Below are positions 56,392-64,000 of a stretch of DNA of 64,000 bases, piece by piece; position 1 is the first letter of the stretch, and every line of letters starts with the position of its first letter. This DNA comes from a bacterium (GTDB taxonomy: Bacteria > Patescibacteriota > Minisyncoccia > Phycocordibacterales > UBA1550). The stretch lies in contig JAUSES010000035.1 in the NCBI GenBank assembly GCA_030649835.1, forward strand, positions 19,590-83,589, in the 5' to 3' direction. The position numbers were made by a program, and so were the translations under genes. The notes beneath the pieces were generated by a model. The model was not told the DNA's origin. It did no database searches and was given only the letters and a program-made list of their open reading frames with translations.

Positions 56392-56416
56392 AATGCCGTC
56401 GAGATGAACCCGACGG
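56392..56416 (-). terminator. intrinsic terminator (GCCGTCG...CGACGGC + U-rich)
   Basis: 7-bp stem followed by AUUUCUUUUGU on the minus strand, downstream of 56440..57090. Confidence 0.5.
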
Positions 56417-56439
56417 CAAAATTCCAAAAAAACTAGATA

Positions 56440-57090
56440 TCAAATAGTGCTCCTTTGATAGACCTCTCGCGCATGTGCTGTCTCTGAACGAATAGTGAGA
56501 ACACTGATGTTCATATCTGCTCGTCCAAGCCGTGATCTGATGTTTTGTTGAATAGCTGAGCTTGTCTTAAAGACATCCTTCCTGATGAGCGCAAGAAAAT
56601 CCTTCTCAATGCTTCCACTAAATACAATCCTGTCGTCTCTCTTCATACGACTTCGTGCAATTTCAATACGACACTCGAGTTTGCCCATTCGTGCGGAAAG
56701 TAGAATGTCTTGATTGCCCTTGGCTTCAATTTTAAAGATGCGGTTAAAACATTCCTCCGCGCGCTCAAATTTCTCAGCGCGCAAAAGAGCATCGCCTGCA
56801 TACAATAAAACATACGAATAATTTTCAAATTTGCGAGCTTCCTCGCTGTGGAGATGGCTCATGAGTTTAACTGTTAGCATTTCTCGCTGAACGGTTAAAA
56901 CTATTTTCCAGATCCACAAGCAAGAGATTTTCCAAAATGGAGCCTCCTTTAAAAATCCATTCAATGGAACGGCGAGAGCGTTTATGTCACGTATCTTCTG
57001 CACTTTGTAGAGAACCTGCTGTTCTGCGTTCATCACACACCTCCTTTCCTTCTTAAGTTGACCAGCCCTTATTAAACCATCTTTTGACAA
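56440..57090 (-). CDS. hypothetical protein
   Basis: 216 aa with no recognisable family. Possible alpha-helical repeat region. Confidence 0.35.
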   Translation of the reverse strand: MSKDGLIRAGQLKKERRCVMNAEQQVLYKVQKIRDINALAVPLNGFLKEAPFWKISCLWIWKIVLTVQREMLTVKLMSHLHSEEARKFENYSYVLLYAGDALLRAEKFERAEECFNRIFKIEAKGNQDILLSARMGKLECRIEIARSRMKRDDRIVFSGSIEKDFLALIRKDVFKTSSAIQQNIRSRLGRADMNISVLTIRSETAHAREVYQRSTI

Positions 57091-57134
57091 AAAAAGCTAG
57101 CCCGCCCAACTTTTTCACAATCTGCACAAATTAG

Positions 57135-57175
57135 AAAATTCCCAATAAGAACGCGGCCGTGTTCTTATTGGGAAT
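57135..57175 (-). terminator. intrinsic terminator (17-bp stem AAATTCCCAATAAGAAC...GTTCTTATTGGGAATTT)
   Basis: Long perfect stem downstream of the LTD protein stop. U-rich after the stem on the minus strand. Confidence 0.6.
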
Positions 57176-57211
57176 TTCAACTCTGTAGTGAATATGTAAA
57201 AGTTAGTAGGG

Positions 57212-58600
57212 TTAGTGTGGTTTTTCGTTCTCGTTGCTATTTTCTGTTTCTTCCAATATCTCAAAATCGTCGGCAGAGAAGGTTGTTTTTGGAGAGGTGA
57301 CCTGAGTGAGGCGAAAACCAACGAGCGCAAGAGCTCCTAAAAATGCTGCACCAATATACCACGGCCAGAGTGTCCCCTCTTCTTGTTTTAGAGGTACTGG
57401 TGTATCTTGAACCGATTCAGCAACTGCCGCCTGCAAACTTCCTACCGCCTGTGAAGCAACTTTAGGAGCGATATTTTTTACCGTTTGAGCTTGGGTAATT
57501 TTTTGAGGAGGTATTGTTTCAACAACAGAATTTTTTTTAATATCAATACGAGAACCATTTGGCAGAAGTAGCTCAGGATTATTTCCCGCAGACGTGCTGA
57601 GTCCCGTCACTTCACTCGCAAAAGTAGCGCTCTTGTGCGCACCGAGAATCGTGTTTTTAGGCAGGATAAAAGTTTTTGTGTCACTTATGATTTGCCAGAG
57701 TGAGAGGTCTAGCTCCTCTCCACCATTGTTTTGAATTGTTACAAAAGAACGCGCAGTATCCCCACCTGTGCGTAAAGAAATATTTGGCAAAACTACGCGC
57801 ACAAGCATTCGGTCTGTCGCTACAGTGCTTCCTGAAATCACGTCGATAACCGCCGTGTATTCGCCCGGATAATAATATGTGTGCGTTACGCTCTCCCCTT
57901 CAGCCGAGGCGCCGTCGCCAAATGACCATACGGTGCGGGGCTTTCCCGCACTACTATTTTCTGATGCAGAAATCCTTCCTTCAAAAATTATAGGCACTCC
58001 TGCGAGCACTATACGCGCCTGGGAGACTGCTTTCACTGATATCTGGGGAGAAGTGGGGGTTGGGGCGGTATTCGTGTTTGTGCCTATTTTTGTGCTTTCA
58101 CCTGTGTTTACCGTAGGAGAAGAATTTGTACTTTGTGAGGTGGTGTTTGCGGTGCCGGGGGTTGGGGAAGCGGTCGTCCACTGGCCTCCCGAGGTTCGCT
58201 GATAGCTTTTGCCGTCGGCTAAACTCCCCCACATAACTTGGTCAACATCATTTCCTTTTGAATCTCTTATTCGAATAGTGTTGGACTCGGTAAGTGTTAG
58301 GTCTGTAACAAGATTGGAGTTACTCAACTGACTTCGAGAAATTAAAAAATAACTTTGTGCGGGAAGTTTCTTACCCATTAACTGGGTACTTGATACAAGG
58401 GAACCAAAACTACTGCCCGTTGCAGTTTTTCTTTGAATATACCAACCTGTTAAGTCAACATCTGAATTATCAGAATTATAAAGTTCAATAAATCTTTCAT
58501 TTATCGGTGCAACTTGAATTTCATTTATCAACACTGCTGCAGATGTAGTCTGCGCGAAAAATAGAAAAGGAAGGACTATAAAATACTTCATGTTAGTCAT
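57212..58600 (-). CDS. cell-surface type I membrane protein with two lamin-tail domains and a PKD domain
   Basis: Signal peptide. LINEIQVAPINERFIELYNSDNSDVDLTGWYI and FVTIQNNGGEELDLSLWQI (LTD hallmarks). HTYYYPGEYTAVIDV (PKD). C-terminal TM WPWYIGAAFLGALALVGF plus acidic tail. Confidence 0.6.
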   Translation of the reverse strand: MTNMKYFIVLPFLFFAQTTSAAVLINEIQVAPINERFIELYNSDNSDVDLTGWYIQRKTATGSSFGSLVSSTQLMGKKLPAQSYFLISRSQLSNSNLVTDLTLTESNTIRIRDSKGNDVDQVMWGSLADGKSYQRTSGGQWTTASPTPGTANTTSQSTNSSPTVNTGESTKIGTNTNTAPTPTSPQISVKAVSQARIVLAGVPIIFEGRISASENSSAGKPRTVWSFGDGASAEGESVTHTYYYPGEYTAVIDVISGSTVATDRMLVRVVLPNISLRTGGDTARSFVTIQNNGGEELDLSLWQIISDTKTFILPKNTILGAHKSATFASEVTGLSTSAGNNPELLLPNGSRIDIKKNSVVETIPPQKITQAQTVKNIAPKVASQAVGSLQAAVAESVQDTPVPLKQEEGTLWPWYIGAAFLGALALVGFRLTQVTSPKTTFSADDFEILEETENSNENEKPH

Positions 58601-60599
58601 CGCCCATTAAAATTGCGGTCAAAACATCCTCAGGAACTTCACGTGGTGGAGTACTTTGGTTTTGGGAATTAAAATTTTGTGGTGGCTTTTGTGGGGGTGG
58701 CGGCGGAGCTTGTTCTTTTTTCTGCTCACTCTGCGGTGCTGGAGAGAACGCCTGTTCTGGTTTTTTTTCTTCTTTCTTCAATACATCCGCAAGGGCATTT
58801 TTAAGATCACTCATGTTCGCTGGCGTAGGGCTTTTGCTTTTTATTGGCGCGACAATTCCGATTGGCCTTTTTGGTTGAGAAAGGGTTGCTAGGCTTGCGT
58901 GTGGCGTTTCTGTTTGCGGCTGTGGCGGGGTCTGTGGTTGTGGTTCGGGTTTTTGGGGGGGTTTTTGAATATCCTGAAACGCCTGTGCGAAGGGCTTTTC
59001 ATATTTTTTGGGAGCGGAGAACTGAGGTGCGGTTCTCTTTTCTGTATTTTGTTGGACTGGATTTCTTGGTGGAAAACTCGGTGCTGGCCGTGGCTTAAAA
59101 GACTCGTTATTTTCCTTCTTGACCCATGGTTCTCGTGTTGCCTGTGGTGTGGTGGATGGGCGCGGAGGAAACTGTGTGCTCGGTGCAGGTGAGCTCGCCT
59201 GGGGGACAACGCGCTCTCGAACCGGTGCTGGTGATACTTCGCTACCACTCGCAAACCAGTCAGCAATATTTTTTTCTACCACAGCGCGCGGGTGTCCATA
59301 CAATGTACGTGATGACTGTATCACTTCTTCGCGAAGCGACTTTGGTGGAGGAGCTATTGGCCCGAGAGTAACTGCTGAAAAAGGATGCGAAGCAACACCA
59401 TCAATCATAAGTTTCAAATATATTTGCGTAAAACCGAGGCTCACCATATCCTCCGCAGTAAAAACCGGTGCGTATTCCTTCTCCAAAACTTCCGCATCGG
59501 GAGCGCCCACACGAAACATAATTTGCGTACCTACGTTACCAAAAACAGCATCTGCCACCTTCTCGTCCATCTGCTTGATGTACTGGTGCGCTACCACGAG
59601 TGCGAGTTTATACTTGCGTGCCTCAGAAAGAATATCGGCAAATGATTCGTTTGCAAATGACTGAAACTCATCCACGTACATATAAAAATTGGGGAGCGGT
59701 TTGAGCTCGGCTTCGGTGAGGTCTGCGCGCGACATCGCTGCGAGATAAATTTTTGTAATAATCATACCACCGAGAAGGTTTGCGTTCCCTTCCCCGAGTT
59801 GCCCTTTGGATAGATTCACTATCAAAATTTTTCGCTCGTCCATCATTTTACGCAAATCAAAACTTGAGCGTGGCTGTCCTATGATGTTACGGATGAGCGG
59901 GTTTGAGGTGAACTGACCCAGTTTGTTTTGGATACCCGGTACGGCATCCTTTGCATAATTCTCACTGTACTTTGCAAACTCATCAACCCAATACGCTTTC
60001 ACGGATGGGTCTTTCACATTGTCCACCACTTTTTTTCGATATGCTTTGTCGGTGAGCATACGGCTTACACCGAGGAGCGTGGACTCTGGGTACTCAAGGA
60101 GAGCCAAGAGTGCGTTCATCATTATGTACTCCATACGTGCGGAAAAAGTCTCTGGCCCCCAGATTTTTTTGAACGCAGAAAGGAGCCCGTTTGCAACGAG
60201 ATGTCGTTTGTCGGGGCCCACATCTTCCATCACGTTAAAAGAGACAGGCGTGTCTGTATCAAATGGCGCAAAATACACAACATCTTTTACTCGGTCCGCG
60301 GGAATATAGTCTAGGAGCATCGCAGCCGATTTCCCGTGCGGATCAATAAAGGCGAAGCCTTCGCCGTTTTTAATATCCTGTGCAACCATATTTTCAATGA
60401 GCGTGGACTTACCCATACCCGTTTTGCCAATGATATACATGTGGCGCGTGCGGTCCTCCGCCTTGATGCCAAACGGCACTCGCTTGTTCCTGCGGTCCGT
60501 CTCGGCAAAGTATGTAATGCGGTTTTTATCGTAGAGATACATGGGGTAGTTAATAGCCACTAGCCAATAGTGAATAGTAGATGTTATAAAGTATAACAT
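58593..60599 (-). CDS. T4SS-type ATPase (VirD4/TraG/TraD-like, DUF87) with proline/glutamine-rich disordered C-terminal tail
   Basis: Walker A IIGKTGMGKST, FIDPHG, VVAHQYIKQ motifs. The C-terminal about 200 aa are a low-complexity P/Q/K-rich tail (PQPQTPPQPQTE). The stop overlaps the start of the LTD gene by 8 bp. Confidence 0.55.
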   Translation of the reverse strand: MLYFITSTIHYWLVAINYPMYLYDKNRITYFAETDRRNKRVPFGIKAEDRTRHMYIIGKTGMGKSTLIENMVAQDIKNGEGFAFIDPHGKSAAMLLDYIPADRVKDVVYFAPFDTDTPVSFNVMEDVGPDKRHLVANGLLSAFKKIWGPETFSARMEYIMMNALLALLEYPESTLLGVSRMLTDKAYRKKVVDNVKDPSVKAYWVDEFAKYSENYAKDAVPGIQNKLGQFTSNPLIRNIIGQPRSSFDLRKMMDERKILIVNLSKGQLGEGNANLLGGMIITKIYLAAMSRADLTEAELKPLPNFYMYVDEFQSFANESFADILSEARKYKLALVVAHQYIKQMDEKVADAVFGNVGTQIMFRVGAPDAEVLEKEYAPVFTAEDMVSLGFTQIYLKLMIDGVASHPFSAVTLGPIAPPPKSLREEVIQSSRTLYGHPRAVVEKNIADWFASGSEVSPAPVRERVVPQASSPAPSTQFPPRPSTTPQATREPWVKKENNESFKPRPAPSFPPRNPVQQNTEKRTAPQFSAPKKYEKPFAQAFQDIQKPPQKPEPQPQTPPQPQTETPHASLATLSQPKRPIGIVAPIKSKSPTPANMSDLKNALADVLKKEEKKPEQAFSPAPQSEQKKEQAPPPPPQKPPQNFNSQNQSTPPREVPEDVLTAILMGDD

Positions 60600-60623
60600 T
60601 AATCAATAGCAAAATAAAAACAG

Positions 60624-60658
60624 GCAGTGGGGGTTAGCTTCGCCAACCCCCACTGCCT
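60624..60658 (-). terminator. intrinsic terminator (13-bp stem GGCAGTGGGGGTT...AACCCCCACTGCC)
   Basis: Followed by UGUUUUUAUUUUG on the minus strand, downstream of 60670..61911. Confidence 0.6.
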
Positions 60659-60669
60659 ATTCTTTTGCC

Positions 60670-61911
60670 CTACTCTTTCAAGAGTGCTTCCTTGGTATAC
60701 AAATTCTTTGGGTCCCATAAAAACCATGAGTTGAGGCCGGAATCGTAGGTGGCTTGTATCTGTGCGCGGACTTCCACCGCAGTATAGTCTCCACCATAAT
60801 CAAAATCCTGAAGCCATGGGCGAAGCTTGTTGCGATTATAGACATCCTTTGTATATATTGCGGGGGTTGATGTTCCTACTCGTACACCGCCAAAATGCTC
60901 TACCACGGTTGTTGTCGCCACAGCGCGCTCAGCACCCTTGGTCATTACAAATTTAATGAGGTCATACGAATGATTGTTAGGGTTTTTCCATCCGTTAAAA
61001 TTTGGCGGATAGTGCGACGGATACACCATCGGCGCAACATAGTCAAAATACGGCATCGTTCGTTCAAGCACCTGCCCAATGTTCAAATCATCCGTGTTCG
61101 TTGTTGTCATACCGAAAAGATCTGCGGATGTTTTTACTCCAGTGTCTTTGAACGCATTATGAAGGTACACAAAAAAATGTTCCAGTGCCTCGGGCTTGGT
61201 CATCCCCTTGCTCCACGTAAACTCAATGTCCTTCATGTCGCCATCCGACGGGAAACGAATGTAGTCAAAGTTGAGCTCATCAAAACCCATTGCGTATGAT
61301 TCTTTGCCAAGCGCTACCACATATTCCCAATACGGCTTTGCGCTCACATCCACAAAGCTCAACCCCTTGCGGTCCTTCCACACACTGCCGTCACTTTTTT
61401 TGTGCACTGCGAGCTCTGGGTGATTTTTTGTAAAATAGGGATCCTGAAAAACGGTAATGCGCGCGATAGTATAAATTCCTTTTTTGTGAAGCTCTGCGAT
61501 AAACTCACGTAAGTCTTTTGTGCGACATCCTGTTCCTGCATTGTCCTTCAAGAGCGGGTGTACGGGGGTAAAGGCAATCGTTCCACTAAAATCTTTTACA
61601 TCAATAATGATACTGTTTACCTCTGTGGTATCTGCAATAGCGACCAATTTATTACGAAAAGACGGCATCGTTGCCACACATGCAGTCATATAGATCGCCT
61701 TTACTGCATTTGGGGTTTGTACATGAGTCGCCACAAATTCTGGCTCCTTACCTTCTGTGCTTGAGGCAACATTTTGCGTGTCTCTAGAAGGTGTGTCACT
61801 GTCTGACTTGTATGCTACAGAAGAAAGCGAGGGAATAAAAAAGTAGAAGGCAAAAAATGCAAGAATGGCAACGGCAGCGGCTATAAAAAAATGATTTCTA
61901 ATTCGTATCAC
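60670..61911 (-). CDS. putative glycoside-hydrolase-like TIM-barrel protein (DUF4015-like), N-terminal membrane anchor
   Basis: 413 aa. N-terminal TM, motif IYMTA...VNSIIIDVKD. Family assignment is tentative. Confidence 0.4.
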   Translation of the reverse strand: MIRIRNHFFIAAAVAILAFFAFYFFIPSLSSVAYKSDSDTPSRDTQNVASSTEGKEPEFVATHVQTPNAVKAIYMTACVATMPSFRNKLVAIADTTEVNSIIIDVKDFSGTIAFTPVHPLLKDNAGTGCRTKDLREFIAELHKKGIYTIARITVFQDPYFTKNHPELAVHKKSDGSVWKDRKGLSFVDVSAKPYWEYVVALGKESYAMGFDELNFDYIRFPSDGDMKDIEFTWSKGMTKPEALEHFFVYLHNAFKDTGVKTSADLFGMTTTNTDDLNIGQVLERTMPYFDYVAPMVYPSHYPPNFNGWKNPNNHSYDLIKFVMTKGAERAVATTTVVEHFGGVRVGTSTPAIYTKDVYNRNKLRPWLQDFDYGGDYTAVEVRAQIQATYDSGLNSWFLWDPKNLYTKEALLKE

Positions 61912-62150
61912 TGTATTTTGGGGCGAGGCGCTACTTCATTGTTTGGTGTTACCTCTGGAAGTGCCTGCTCTGCATCCTCAATTAGTTTTTTGCAGTTACT
62001 GCAGTACACAACGGAAGAAAGGTATGAGAGTACTGAGATTGTTATTCCGCCAATAACGAGAAGTGAGGTGCGCGCCCACGAAGGGAAACCTCCGAGCGCC
62101 ACAACCACCACAGCGACGCCCAAAATTGTCATTACGGTGTGTTTTGTCAT
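61908..62150 (-). CDS. small membrane protein, hypothetical
   Basis: 80 aa with two hydrophobic helices. Overlaps the upstream gene start by 4 bp. Confidence 0.3.
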   Translation of the reverse strand: MTKHTVMTILGVAVVVVALGGFPSWARTSLLVIGGITISVLSYLSSVVYCSNCKKLIEDAEQALPEVTPNNEVAPRPKIQ

Positions 62151-62189
62151 CTGCCTAGTGTACCCTATTATTTATTCTCAATCAAATTT

Positions 62190-62873
62190 CTATTTTGTTT
62201 CTATAATTACCACAAATTCCCCCCTTACGCGGTCCTGATTTTTTGCGAAGTGTGCAATAACTTCTGCGACTGTCCCGCGAACAAACTCCTCATATATTTT
62301 TGTAAGCTCGCGCGCGACGATAACCCTGCGCTCCGCACCACAAAATTTTTCCAATGATGCAAGTGTTTTTTCAATGCGATGCGGGGATTCATAAAAAGCC
62401 ATGGCGCGTGCAGAACCAGCAATTTCTTTAAAAAGTGTTTCTCTTCCCTTTTTGTGTGGAAGGAACCCAAGAAACGTAAACTCCGCGACAGAGATGCCCG
62501 AAGCCGAAAGTGCTGTCACTAGTGCCGATGGCCCCGGAAGTGGAACGATGGAAACCTTATCTCCAAATTTCTCTCGCACCTGCGCGAGAAGGAGCGAGCC
62601 GGGGTCTGAGATGCACGGCGTACCCGCATCGGACACGAGTGCCAGATTTTTCCCCTCTTCGAGTAGCGACAAAATTTTGTCCACCTTTGAAAGCTTTGAC
62701 TGCGCGTGGTAGCTCATCGTCGGCGTACTTATTTCATATTTTGAAAGAAGCTTTTTCGTCACCCGCGTATCCTCACACAGCACCAAATCCACTTCCTTGA
62801 GCACGCGCAAAGCGCGCAAGGTAATATCCTCGAGGTTGCCAATGGGAGTGCCGACTATAAATAGTGTTGTCAT
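62190..62873 (-). CDS. rsmI: 16S rRNA (cytidine1402-2'-O)-methyltransferase
   Basis: TLFIVGTPIGNLEDITLRALRVLKEVDLVLCEDTR is the canonical RsmI N-terminus. Confidence 0.85.
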   Translation of the reverse strand: MTTLFIVGTPIGNLEDITLRALRVLKEVDLVLCEDTRVTKKLLSKYEISTPTMSYHAQSKLSKVDKILSLLEEGKNLALVSDAGTPCISDPGSLLLAQVREKFGDKVSIVPLPGPSALVTALSASGISVAEFTFLGFLPHKKGRETLFKEIAGSARAMAFYESPHRIEKTLASLEKFCGAERRVIVARELTKIYEEFVRGTVAEVIAHFAKNQDRVRGEFVVIIETK

Positions 62874-62876
62874 TGA

Positions 62877-63338
62877 TTATTCTTTATAAGCAAACGATAA
62901 TTCATTGTATTCTTTTGTATCATAAACACAAATTTCTTCTTTGTGGTACAAAGCAAAATATTTTATACCAGCATCAAGTGACATTTTGCTACAAATAGTA
63001 CAATACGGCTTACCAGAATATTTCATTCCGCCATCGTCATCTAGGCGAATAAAATAGAGCGTTGAGCCATTTAATCTGTCTGGGTTATTTTTTAAAGCAT
63101 CCATTATTGCCCGCTGTTCTGCGTGCACACAACACGTTTTGTCTGACTTAAAAGTGGAGGGCAGCTCATGTTTTCGATTGCACCTCCTGATAGAGACGTC
63201 ATCCTGTGGTGGCGCATTATACCCACGTCCAATAACGTTTCCGTTCACATCTACAACTATAGACCCGCATTTCGAACGCAAACAAAGGGCTTTGCGCGCA
63301 TCCTCCGTTGCCTCTTTAAAATATTCCACTGCTTCCAT
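62877..63338 (-). CDS. dCMP/cytidine deaminase family zinc-dependent deaminase
   Basis: CVHAEQRAI and PCTICS zinc-binding motifs (HAE...PCxxC). Confidence 0.75.
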   Translation of the reverse strand: MEAVEYFKEATEDARKALCLRSKCGSIVVDVNGNVIGRGYNAPPQDDVSIRRCNRKHELPSTFKSDKTCCVHAEQRAIMDALKNNPDRLNGSTLYFIRLDDDGGMKYSGKPYCTICSKMSLDAGIKYFALYHKEEICVYDTKEYNELSFAYKE

Positions 63339-63403
63339 TCCCGTAGGCTAACAGAATATGAGGGAAAAGAAAACCGGGCGCTATTTAGCCCCCGGCCAGA
63401 ATC

Positions 63404-63844
63404 CTATTTGAAAAAAATTACTAGATATCCATTCTTATGGCCTGTCCAAACACAATCGCAACCATCTTCTTTGATAACAATGGGAGGTCCATACCCTTTT
63501 ACGCTGACCTTATGGTATGTCATCTCCTCTATCAAGGAGGAGAAATTTTCTGTTACTGTCGCTGTTTTAAATATTATTACAAGCTCGCTGTTTTTACCGG
63601 AGTATTCTTGGTATATCGAATCTATCACCCCCTTAAAGACCTTGTTTGGTAGATGAATCTCTGCATAAGCAAGAAAACATTTGTGAAAAAGCTCGATACT
63701 CCATCTTGGGGTGGAATCATCACCTATATGTTCGAGTTTTCGCCCATATACTTTCATCAATCCACCAGTCTTTCGAAATATTTTTTTGATCCAGCGTACA
63801 GTGAAAATTGCAATCAGCCCGTACCACATCCTTAATTTTCTCAT
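63404..63844 (-). CDS. hypothetical protein
   Basis: 146 aa with no recognisable motifs. Adjacent to the deaminase. Confidence 0.3.
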   Translation of the reverse strand: MRKLRMWYGLIAIFTVRWIKKIFRKTGGLMKVYGRKLEHIGDDSTPRWSIELFHKCFLAYAEIHLPNKVFKGVIDSIYQEYSGKNSELVIIFKTATVTENFSSLIEEMTYHKVSVKGYGPPIVIKEDGCDCVWTGHKNGYLVIFFK

Positions 63845-64000
63845 TTCTTTGCCCCCTCAATTTGTACAAAGTCATCCAGTCTCTCATGAAAATGGACCCC
63901 TGAGCTTCTAAAAACAAAGAATAACACAGACTCCTAAATTATCCTAAAAGTGCCTCCCCCACTTTGTAAATATCCCCTGCTCCCATAGTAATAATGACGT

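Noticed and set aside
58844-59664. Multiple + strand ORFs (81-181 aa) inside the ATPase gene
   Set aside because: They are antisense to the proline/glutamine-rich tail region. GC-rich repetitive coding sequence creates long spurious reverse ORFs.
1-64000. CRISPR arrays, tRNA or rRNA genes
   Set aside because: There are no regularly spaced direct repeats. There is no tRNA-like T-arm (GGTTCGAATCC-type) or other rRNA/tRNA signature. The only periodic repeats are the three palindromic elements and short in-gene tandem repeats.

Overview
The window is about 64 kb of AT-rich bacterial DNA with compact, overlapping genes and no rRNA, tRNA or CRISPR that I could see. The content resembles a small-genome, possibly CPR/Patescibacteria-like, lineage. 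That placement is inference, not a search result. The contents are: (i) a tandem array of five small TrbC/VirB2-like pilin paralogs (81-2720). (ii) an orphan sugar-type solute-binding protein, a methyltransferase, a frameshifted hypothetical gene, a decayed gyrA 3' fragment, and murB. (iii) a surface-glycan biosynthesis locus of roughly 45 kb (9.3-56.4 kb). It encodes a GDP-fucose pathway (manC, gmd, gmm, fcl), two GT11-type fucosyltransferases, Wzm/Wzt ABC export, many GT2/GT4 transferases, several methyltransferases, DegT/AsnB/CapD amino-sugar enzymes, a GtrA-GT2-GT-C three-component glycosylation module and an O-antigen-ligase/TPR protein. (iv) a VirD4/TraG-like ATPase translationally coupled to a lamin-tail-domain/PKD surface protein. 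(v) rsmI and a dCMP deaminase. The most unusual signals are two non-coding ones: a recurring motif CTCTAACGGG that abuts start codons and has a distal complementary partner, with compensatory changes that point to an RNA stem; and a family of about 90-150 bp palindromic repeats with 11-bp terminal inverted repeats. There are also two frameshifts in homopolymer tracts.
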